Source of the DNA: Yuukianura sp. NJ FZ-2021
Lineage: Eukaryota
Length of the DNA stretch: 64,000 bases
NCBI GenBank assembly: GCA_046563655.1
Contig: CM102287.1
Span: forward strand, 5,890,001 to 5,954,000
Direction: 5' to 3'
Position numbers and translations under genes: made by a program. Positions within the stretch are counted from its first letter, which is position 1. The number at the start of each line of letters is the position of its first letter. Shown one piece after another: positions 25,962 to 36,982 of this stretch. The notes below the pieces were generated by a model, which saw nothing but the letters and a program-made list of their open reading frames with translations, was not told where the DNA came from and made no database searches.

Positions 25962-27572
25962 TCATATGGGGGTGAAACGATTTGTGCAATTCGTGCACTG
26001 AAACTGAATGATTTGCGGAAGTGGTGGATTTGCGGACTTCCGCTGGGCGTCAAATAGGATCTCTTGCAGTTTATGTCTCGTCATAAGACCTAAGATGGTA
26101 ATTGAAGAAATTAATTAACTAAAACTTGTTAAATGTATGACATGAATGTTAAAGTTGACTTACTTTCTCCCTGAGGCAGTGCATCCAGAACAGAGGCAAT
26201 GTACTGGCCAAAATAGTAGTTGGGACCATGGCTTTGGTTTCCACCGCTCTTGGCTAAATCTTGATCGGTTGCGGTCTTTCCAGTGCTGGTTGTTACTGTT
26301 GGCATCGTGGGAATTGGAGTGAGGAGGAGCTGCTGGCTGGGCAAAATTGAGTGAGTTCGTGTCTCGACGGAGTGTCCATTCAGTTCCAAATGACCATCCG
26401 TCAGTCGAACGTCATTGGAAGACTTTCTGGTGGATACTTTTGAGTGATTTGTGGTGGACGGAAACTCCAAAATCAAGTCCTTGGATATCCCTTGATGTCG
26501 CTCGACGATTGCGTTGATGCCGTGATCTTCGCTTTTTCGCTTCATAGAACGCAGTGATCTGAAAACATGAAAGAGAAAACGTTTAGACTTTATTGACTCA
26601 ACGTTTTCATAAACATTAACATCCAAACGTCACGTATCTCGGGCCAAATCGTTTTATGCTTTACCAGTTTTAATCAACGTCTCACCTCGCGGGTATGAGA
26701 GTCGGAGGAGATGGTACGGTAAAGTTCATTCCGTTAGGTTCTTCGATAATTTCAGCTTTGTGTGGCGGTGGACTAGAGCTGGTTTCATCTGACCTTGACC
26801 TACGAAAGTGACAAACCGAAAATGAACAATGAAGTGGTCTCTATTTCTGTTTAGATTAGCTATAACTTACTTGTCCGGTGAAAGTGGTCCGTAAATGTCT
26901 AGTTCGTTTGGGTTCTTTGGGCGATGCTTGATGAGATCCATCTCCACCAGAAAGTTCATTGCTTCCCCTGCCTTCCACGTCCTACTTCCTCGTCCAGTAC
27001 GTTTGTGTCTTACGAATTTGTCCCTCATATGCTTAAAATGGCGGCGACACTCGTTCGCTTTGAAATAAAACAGAAGAAAATCGTGTTAAGAATAAGATGT
27101 ACAATGCAATCTGACGCCTTATTCTATTTAAAAATTCAAACTCACCTGGAATTCCAACATCCAAAGAAATCTCTTCCCAAATCACATCTTTCACTTTCGT
27201 ATTTTTCCAGTTTTCATTTGAATGATCTAAAACATAACACTTTATCACTCAAAGTCAAGTCTTCATTTCGCTTACATTCTTTTTCATAAACTAAATCAAG
27301 TTGGAATCCAATTTACCATAAAGTGGCGGATAGCTCTTAATTCGTTCAATAAAAACTTGTTCAATTTCTGGAGTCCAGTATGGATTTGACCGGCCTCTTC
27401 GAACCTCCACCAAGAGGTCGTCGTCAGTTGACATTGTGGCGTAATCTCCCACATCTTCCCCGGAATTGGAGTTATCATTGGTTGACGGCATTAGCCACAT
27501 TTCACTGTCCTCATTGTCACTTGTCAATTCTTCTTTAGGGACCCTTTGAACCTTGACCCTCTTCACTTCCAT
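25962..27572 (-). CDS. MADF-domain transcription factor with BESS-like C-terminus
   Basis: WTPEIEQVFIERIKSYPPLY..WKNTKVKDVIWEEIS..ECRRHFKHMRDKFVR..W..AMNFL (MADF pattern). C-terminal YFGQYIASVLDALP..RHKLQEILF is BESS-like. Exons join at GT-AG sites. Confidence 0.8.
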
Positions 27573-28603
27573 TGTACTCGTCTGCGAAGGTTACAAAGGG
27601 AACGTGCTCGTACAGTAACTGCAAGTAACAAAACAAAGAACTATTGACACACACAAACAACTGCTTTTTTTGCGTCAACAATTTCAACTGCGTAGTGCTT
27701 ACGTCAATGACCAGATTCTTGCGGTTACCAGTGAATAGTGACGCAATTAGGAAGCGACAGATATTCTTTTCATGATCTCATCGGAAATTGGAGTTAAATT
27801 GGAAAGATAAATGCCCAGCTGATGAGTTTGACACTTTTACGAAATGATGTAAAAATGACACGTTCCCACAAACTTCAACTTGTTGACCGCTCAAGAGTGC
27901 ACTTAAAATTGACAGTACTTTCCAAGGACTCTCTAAATCCGTTGCGGACTATAAAGAATTTCCTATTTCTGTCGCGAAGTAAAGTTACAGTAAAAATGCC
28001 TACGTGGATGGACAGGGACAAACGCCGTCGCAGCACAGCAGTGGCCGGAGGAAAGCAAAAGCAAGGAACAGGGGAAGATTACTACAGGAAGAAAGGGGTT
28101 TGTATTTTTTGGACGGACTGAACTTAAGGTAATTTGGACTTACGGTAATAATAAGAGGAGAGTCGGATATAAAGAACGCGTTCCGCAATGGGTTGGTTAG
28201 GGTAGAGATGACGATGCGATGAATCGGAAGGCGACGGACCGACGACGCCCAACAACACCCAAAAACCCAACTGACTTCTTCATCTGCGTCAAACCAACCA
28301 AAAATCAACGAGTGAACGTGACGCAAGTTTCGTCTCACGTCACGCAAATCCAGTTGTCTTGTCAGTTAACTGATTACAGTTTAATGGATCTCATAATAAC
28401 GTTAATCAAATTGTTCCAACAATATGCTAAAGTTATGGAATTTTGGATAACATTCAACTAAAAGTCTTGCATTTCTGCATCTATTTAAAGAAAGACAGTA
28501 AGAACTGCAATATGAATGACATTGACAATCAATTTGCACGAAATTTTTACAACACACTTTATTGTACATATTTGACCTTTGACATTTATCGCCGCTGTAG
28601 CAT

Positions 28604-29940
28604 TTACAGTGCAATAAGGAGGTTGACTAAAGAGCTGATAATGATATTGTTAAGCATCACGGCAAAAGTTCGTTGTTTCAAAATATACACCCCACCGATT
28701 TTCCAGGTTAGCGTTGAACTGGCTCGCAGAAATCGGCAGTCTCCCTCTCCAATTTTCGCATGTTTTGCAAATTCGGCTTTAAACAGATTCGAGTAGCACG
28801 TAATGTTGGCCGCCATGTTAAGAATAATTTCCAGCAGGAATAGCAATCCGCCAGCCAAAATTACAAAAATTCCAATCATCGCGGGGTTAATGACGCCTCG
28901 GAACCGAAAGACGCAAAAGAGCGCCGTAATGATCACGACACAGCTTCCGGTAATCAGCAGCGGAATCAAGTAGAACCCAATTTCCTGTGCTGCGAAGTGC
29001 AGGACTTCATGTGCTTTGTAGTTAATGCGCAGGAGTCTGCGCGTTCGTTTGTCAAGCGTATCACCCTTCGATCCCAGCCTAATTTAGTGTTATACATTTA
29101 AAGTGTTCCTTTTTTCTTTATCTAAAAACGGCTTTTTTAAAGTTAATTTATTACCAATGCGTTTGAAATTTGAGCCAGTGGAAAATAGAATTGCAGTAGA
29201 TGGCGACCACGAGAAGGAGTTGTGTGACGTGTATCATGTCCCCTGTTGTTCCACATACCCAAAGAAAAACGAAAACGTAATTTCCGCCTGGGATGTACGC
29301 AAGTCCGCTATTTATTACAGAGAAAAGGCCGAATGCGTCTTTTAAAAGCATGTAGACAGCGGGAACTTCAAGAATCAAAAACGAAATCAACCCTGTGAGA
29401 AGAACTTTACAAAACGATTCCAAGCCATCAGTTGCAGGCGGAAGTCGAAAAAATTGTATTCCTGAAAAGTAAAAAGAATAGGATTTGTTAGGTTACCTGC
29501 GCTAATTGTATGGATGTGTTGATTAGGCTAACATAAAGTTATGGTGGGTTACCTAATCGCCTGTTCAGGAGGAATATTCCGTTACAAAAAGTGAGAATAT
29601 CCCTGGATCTTGTCAGGAACAGTGCTTGAAGTGAAACGATCATTGCTAGAACTGTGAATATCGACATTGCAAACATTATTTCTGACAATTCTGCTCCACT
29701 TTTCAACGTGTGACCTCCAAATATCGTCATCATGATCAGTTGAACAACAATCAACGTCGTAACAAAGAGTCGCCAGCCCTCTACGGCGCCAAAATCGTAT
29801 TTCGAAATTTCGAATTTCAAAAGATGTACAGATGGAACCAATGATTGTGTCCTTGCAGACCATTTCCAGGGGATAAGCCAAAGGTAACTTCCGAGTTGAA
29901 CGCAAATACAAAATGCCCACAGAGTTTGATCCGAAATCAT
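28604..29940 (-). CDS. 7-TM chemoreceptor (gustatory-receptor-like), array 1 copy 1, 3 exons
   Basis: About 390 aa, highly hydrophobic. C-terminal LTWKIGGVYILKQRTFAVMLNNIIISSLVNLLIAL resembles the GR/OR TM7 region. Exons join in frame. Confidence 0.7.
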
Positions 29941-30878
29941 TTTGAATTGGGATTCAAAATTTTAAATTTTGACAACGACTTGCCGCAGCAGGCCGAAAGT
30001 CAAATTGTTAATGCTAAAAGCACTTGTTCTGACGGTTTCGTTTTTCGCTTTGGAATTCAGTTGGGAGTGTCACATCACATCTATGAGTGATCTAAAAAGC
30101 AATCTAGCCGCTACAAAAGCTCCGCCTTTTTCTTATTTTTAATTTTCTTGCGGGTGGAATACTCCGCAAAGCATATTTAACTATTTGGTAAAATTCCATT
30201 TCAGACATTCCTTTAATCTTTGCATAAAAGAAAAAAGTTGTACTTTTTATCCAAGCCAAAAACGAAAGCTTCTTAGGCGGAGAAATTTTATAAAACTCAA
30301 CAGCTCAGCTCAGTTTTTTTTTTAAATATTTTTTATTTAATGTTGAAGTGCTTTGTGTGGTTTAGGTTTGTGTCCGAAAAAGCGGTTTAAAATTTTAACA
30401 ATTCTAATCGAAGATCTTCATCTACTTGAAAAAATATTTTTTTGCGGTTTATTTTTATCCAAAACTTAGCCCAAGAGAAAAATTGTGGAATTAGGAGTGA
30501 GGTTGTTTTGTTTTTCATTTCGCTATTTTATGGAAGAAGCAAGCTGTTTGATGTTGAACAATTTGTGAATTTGTTAAACGTGAGATGGAAGAAACGTAAA
30601 CAATTGGCTTAGAAGTACATAAATAAAAAAGATACGATGTGTTGGGATTTGTGGTAGTAGGCGAAAGGCGACGCACTAACAAGAGCATATTTTAATTGCA
30701 TTGAGTAATTGTAAAGAAGTGGAAATTGATGATCAAAACTTCTAAACAGTAAGATCACTTACCGTAAATAGGCTAATAGGGCTTGTGCAACATACTTTAC
30801 CTTAACAATGAGTTTGTAATAAAGTTTTAGAGCACATTTCAAAGTTTTGACCTCTGACGTGAAGCAGCGCTATAGTAC

Positions 30879-32196
30879 TTACAGTGCAATGAGGAGGTTG
30901 ACTAAAGAGCTGATAATGATATTGTTCAGCATCACGGCGAAAGTTCGTTGTTTCAAGATGTACACACCACCGATTTTCCACGTCAGCGTTGGACTGGCTC
31001 TCAGAAATCGGCAGTCTCCCTCTTCAATTTTCGCATGTTTTGCAAATTCGGCTTTAAACAGATTGGAGTAGCACGTGATGTTGGCGGCCATGCTAAGAAT
31101 GATTTCCAGCAGGAATAGCAGTCCGCCAGCCAAAATTCCAAAAATTCCAATCATCGCTGGGTTAATGACGCTTCGGAACCGAAAAACGCAAAAAAGTGCC
31201 GTGATGATCACGACGCAGCTTCCGGTCATCAGCAGCGGAATCAGGTAGAACGCAATTTCCTGTGTTACGAAGTGCAGGATTTCATGGGCTTTGTAGTTGA
31301 TGCGCAGAATTCCGCGCGTTGGTTTGTCCAGCGTATCACCCTTCGATTCCAGCCTAATTTTGAATCATAAGCTTTTTAATGTGTTTTTTTTTTCAATTTA
31401 CAATTTTTTTAAATACCAGTTAGTTTGGAATTTGAGCCAGTGGAAAACAGAATTGCAGTAGATGGCGACAATGAGAAGGAGTTGTGTGACGTGTATGAGG
31501 TCTCCTGTTGTTCCGCATACCCAAAGGAAAACAAAAACGTAATTTCCGCCTGGGATGTACGCAAGTCCGCTTTTTATTACAGAGAAAAATCCGAAATCGT
31601 CCTTTAAAAACATGTAGACGGCGGGAACTTCAAGAGTCAGACACGAAATGAACCCTGCGACAAGAACTTGGCAAAACGATTCCAAGCCATCAGATGTAGG
31701 CGGAAGTTGAAAACATTGTATTACTGTAATATAAAAAAAAAGGTTATGTCACTTTTGTCACTAGTGTTTGTGAATAATTGTGGATTGATTAACGTTATGT
31801 TAGGTTACCTAATCGTCTATTGAAGAGGAACAATCCGTTACAAAAAGTGAGAATATCCCTGGAGCTTTTGAGGAATAGTGCTTGAACAGAAACAATCATT
31901 CCGAAAAGTGTGCATATGGATATTACAAACATTATTTCCGCCAAGTCTGCTCCAGTTCTCAACGTGTGACCCCCAAATGCCGTCATCATGATCAGTTGAA
32001 CAACAATCAACGTCATAACAAAGATTCGCCAGCACTCTACAGCGCCAAAATCATATTTTGAAATTTTGAATTTCAAAAGATGTACGAAGGGGACCAATGA
32101 TTGTGTCCTTGAAGACCATTTCCAAGGATTAAGCCAAATGTAACTTCCGAATTGAACACAAGTACAAAATGCCCAGAGAGTTTGATCCGATATCAT
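30879..32196 (-). CDS. 7-TM chemoreceptor (GR-like), array 1 copy 2
   Basis: Paralog of 28604-29940 with the same 3-exon structure; starts MISDQTLWAF. Confidence 0.7.
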
Positions 32197-32580
32197 TTTT
32201 AATTGGGATTCGAAATTCGAAATTTTGACAACGTGTGGCAGCAGGTCGAAAGTCAAATTGTTAATGCTTAAAATACTTCTGACACTTTCTTTATTCTGCT
32301 TCGGAATTCAGTTCGTAGGTTCACTTATGACGAGAGTGATCTAAATAGCAATCCGCCAACAATTCCACCTTTTTCTAATTTTTAAGTTTCTCAAAAATTT
32401 AACCAATACTCCTTTCAGGCATTCCGTGCATAACAAAAGAGAATAACTTCCAGGAAAGAGAAATACAGCACTGAGCTTTGAAAAAGATGTAAAATTTTTA
32501 TGGAATGTTGAAGTGCTCTGATGGATTTCTGTTGGTGCCATGAAAAGTACATAAAAACTTTATTAACCTCTAATCGAACA

Positions 32581-32673
32581 TCTTGGTTGGATTAATACCC
32601 ATGTGGGCGCATATTAAAAACTTAGAATAAGTTTTTAACATGCGCCCACATGGGTATAATCCAGCCAACAAGA
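32581..32673. repeat. ~93-bp near-perfect hairpin (mini-MITE-like)
   Basis: tcttggttggattaatacccatgtgggcgcatattaaaaactta-gaa-taagtttttaacatgcgcccacatgggtataatccagccaacaaga. Confidence 0.8.
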
Positions 32674-32884
32674 TTAAATTAATTATGAATCAAAAGTGAG
32701 GGGTATAATGACAAAAATGTGGAAATTGATAACAATAGCTTCTAAACAACAACATCGTAACGTAACCGTAAATAAGTTGATTTAACTTGGGCAACACATA
32801 CATACTTTAACAATGAATTTGTACGAAAGTTTTAGAACTCATTTCAAAGTTTTGGACCTTTGACCTTAGATGCTGCCGTAGTAT

Positions 32885-34231
32885 TTACAGTGCAATGAGG
32901 AGATTGACTAAAGAGCAGATAATGATATTGTTCAGCATAACGGCGAAAGTTCGTTGTTTCAAAATGTAAACCCCACCGATTTTCCATGTCAATGTGGGAC
33001 TGGCTCTCAAAAATCGGAAGTCTCCCTCTCCAATTTTCGCATGTTTTGCAAATTCAGCTTTAAACAGATTCGAGTAGCAAGTAATGTTGGCTGCCATGCT
33101 AAGGATAATTCCCAGCAGGAATAGGAATCCGCTAGCCAAAATTACAAATAGTCCGATCATCGCGGGGTTAATGACCCTTCCAAAGCGAAAGACGCAAAAG
33201 AGCGCCGTAATTATCACGACGCAGCTTCCGGTCATCAGCAGCGGAAGCAAGTAGAACGCAAGTTCCTGTGCTACGAAGTGCAGGATTTCATGGGCTTTGT
33301 AGTTGATTCGCAGGAGTCCTCGCGTTGGCTTGTCCAGCGTATCACCCTTCGATTCCAGCCTAGTTTAAGTCATAAGCTTTTTAAAGTGTGTTTTTTCCTA
33401 TCCAAAAACAAAATGTTTTTTACGATTTTTTTAAAATACCAATGCGTTTGGAATTTGAGCCAGTGAAAAACAGAATTGCAGGAGATGGCGACAACGAGAA
33501 GGAGTTGTGTGACTTGTATTATGTCTCCTGTAGTTCCACACACCACAACAAAAACGAAAACGTAATTTCCGCCTGGGATGTAGGTAAGTCCGCTTTTTAT
33601 TACAGAGAAAAATCCGAAATCGTCTTTTAAAAGCATGTAGACAGCGGGAACTTCAAGAATCAAAAACGAAATCAACCCTGCAAAAATAACTCGCAAAAAT
33701 GATTCCAAGCCATCAGTTGCAGGCGGAAGTTGAAAAAATTGTATTCCTGAAATGTAAAAAGAAACGATTATGTCAGGTTACTATGCTACTTGTGTATGTG
33801 AATTGTATAGGTTGATTAGTAACGCTAGATTATGTTGGGTTACCTAGTCGCCTGTTGAACAGAAGTAGTCCGTTGCAAAAAGTGAGAATATCCCTGGAGC
33901 TTGTCAGGAACAGTGCTTGAATTGAAACGATCATTCCTAGAACTGTGAATATCGACATTGCAAACATTATTTCTGACAATTCTGCTCCACTTGTCAGCGT
34001 ATGACCCACAAATGTCGTCATCAGGATCAGTTGAGCAACAAGCAACGTCAGGACAAAGATTCGCCAGCCCTCTACGGCGCCAAACTCGCATTCCAAAATT
34101 TTGAATTTGAAAAGATGTACGGACGGAACCAATGATTGTGTCTTTGAAGACCATTTCCAGGGGTTAAGCCAAAAGAAACTTCCGAGTTGGACACAAATAC
34201 AAAATGCAGATAGAGTTTGATCCGATATCAT
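32885..34231 (-). CDS. 7-TM chemoreceptor (GR-like), array 1 copy 3
   Basis: Paralog of the two preceding genes with the same intron positions and an intact frame. Confidence 0.7.
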
Positions 34232-36982
34232 TTTGAATCGGGATTCAAAATTTCAAATTTTGACAACGTGTGGCTCCGTTCGTGCAGGTCGAAATTCGAG
34301 TTGTAAATGCTTAAAATACTGTCGACGCTTCTTTTTCCGTCTTGGAGTTTAGCTGGGATTGTCACATATGTGAGTGGCCTAAGAAGCGAAATCGCCGACA
34401 CAAAAATTCCGCCTTTTTAAAATTTTTGCCCTGCTCAATACTCCACAAGCATATTTAAGCACTTGATACTATTCAGCCTTCCCTTCAGCCACTTCAGCTT
34501 CAGCCATTCTTGCATAAAAAAAAAGTTGCGGCTTTACTTTTTATCCATGCCGAAGGTTAAAGCTTCCTAGAAATTTTACAGCACTCAACATTGAAAAAAT
34601 TTAAATTTTTTATTGAATATTGAAGTAGTTTGGTTTCTGTTTTTGTCATACCAAGCAATTAAAAAATTTCAACAATTCTAATCGAACATCTTCATCTAAG
34701 TAGTCAAAAAAATGTTTTTGTGGTATATTTTTTTGTACCCAAACTTCTACAAAAGAAAAATTCAATATCTGAATCCGAGTATTTTCCACACCCTAGACCC
34801 TAGTTTTGTATTCTGAAATTTAGTAGTACCTACCTATTTAGTGGAAGATTCACCTTTCGGAAGCTTCATTACTTATCCAAATTAGGATTTGTATTTTTCA
34901 ACAGTTTAGACTAAAGTTGACGAAATTCATAAATTTTCAACTCGATTTTAGTCTAATGTAAACTTGCATTGAGTCCGTGAGAACCCTTTGCGTGTTAAAA
35001 AAGGAAGAATACCTAATCACAGAAATTCATTTTCTATTTTATATTTTCACACGTACTGAGTCTTTTTTATAGTAACCTAAATGAGATGAAAACGAATATA
35101 TTAAAAACCAGAATTATGGGTTGTTTGGATCACTTTCTTAAAAAAAAAAGCTTTGTACATTTTTCGTTTTCACGGCGAGATGAAATCTAAAATGCAATTG
35201 GCTTAATGGAATCGTGGAAAAAGATCCGAATTTTTTAAAGACTATCAATTTTTTGATTGAATAAATAAAGAGCTCCTAGAAATAAGGAAAATGCTAGAGC
35301 ATTTTGTTGAACAAGATAAAACAAAAAGCAGACTGAAAGAAAAGCTCGTTGTTGAAAAAATGGGGTTAATTTTGAATCAAAATAGATATTTCCCTAGTGT
35401 CATTTTTGTTCTGATTGCTTGTAGGTTTAATACATCAGCACTAAATCCACATGAAGTCCAAACCCAAACGTTGAAATTTTTTGCCAATTGTTGGACGGAA
35501 TTTGTGACGATTGGCTCGGCTAGAAACGAATTGTTGGGAATTTGTCAGATGAACGCCTCACTAGAATTCCCACTCGGTTTTACTTCAGACTCAAAACCAG
35601 TTGGGCGTGGATTTTCAAATTTGGAGGTAAACCAAACGTTGAAACTCAAATTCAAGTGCATGGCTTTCGTTTTCTGTGGATTCGACAGTCGGGAGACTCT
35701 GACGGCGGAAAACGCCAAAACGTTTTTAGTTATCGTAAGACGTTACGCCCATTTCAAAACAGGAGACGTTGATGACCCGTCCCGGGTCATTCACCAGCGG
35801 AGTTTTGAACTTATGTGGTTCAATAGGCTGTTCAAAACTCAAAACAGTTTTGTAGTTGCAATTGTTGAACAGAATCTTTTCGATCCAGTTATCAGAGGAT
35901 TCAGAATCGAATGTCGTTGTACCGTTATCTTGGTCAGGACGAACCAAACCGGTGACGTACAACTGGAACTCACGAAAGTAATGTACAGAAAACACTATAC
36001 CGTTACTACTGGAATTCCTTCGCAAGGTATCCAAACTATTCATGATATTTGGTTGGAACAGATCAAAAACTACTTTACCAACAACACCAAAATTTTTAAA
36101 CTAATATCTTGGAATGATATCGGACTCGGCCACAAATGTGTGCAAACTGCTCCTGCGCCGTACATACTGTTGGATTCTGCGCAACTCCAATTTGCAAACT
36201 ACTACTTAATGTACTTGATCATCGGTTTCATGTCTGCCAGGAGATACAACTACGCATATGTATATTCCGTCACTACGGACACGCCCAACCTCGAGAAATT
36301 TTTAGTACAAGGAAACACACAGTGCCTGAAGCAGTTTGCTACACTAGACCCAGAGGGATATGAACTAGTTGCTGAGTCGAATTATATTGTCAATAGAGAC
36401 GTCTCAGTTCAGGATTATGCAGGTATTTTGCTCAAATGGCACGCAGACAAACATCGCGAAACGCCACTTGATCCCGTTATAACGACCGCTCCTCTGACAG
36501 TAACGACGATTCCGAGTACTTACGACCACGAGTATAACTTTATCACTTGCGACGGAAGACACGAGTCCGAGAATCCTTATGAAATGTACGTCAAAGCGTT
36601 TGCCCCAGTTGTATGGGGAGCAATTGCGTCTACAATCTGCGTAGTATGCACTTTTCTTTGGCTCCTAAATCGGAAACTCAAAAGTGGCGACAAGCCCATC
36701 CTCATTGTTTTTGCATCACTGCTCGAAATTTCTCCGCAAGTATCCCGAAAATTGGGGAGACAAAGGCATTACTCATTTGTGGCTATTCCGCTCGTTTTCC
36801 TTGGCCTTCTCTTGTCTAATGGCTACAGAGGAGCACTAACTGCTAAACTGTCACTACCTCCGCCATGGAAAGGGCTGGAGACTTTCGGGGATGCCATGGA
36901 CGCCAACTACAGCATTCTCTCCAAATTAAACTTTCCAAATATTCTTCTCTTCAGGGCACAATGCAATTGGACCTATAACAAC

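Noticed and set aside
27822..28461. ORFs between the MADF gene and GR array 1
   Set aside because: No recognisable domain or consistent splice chain.
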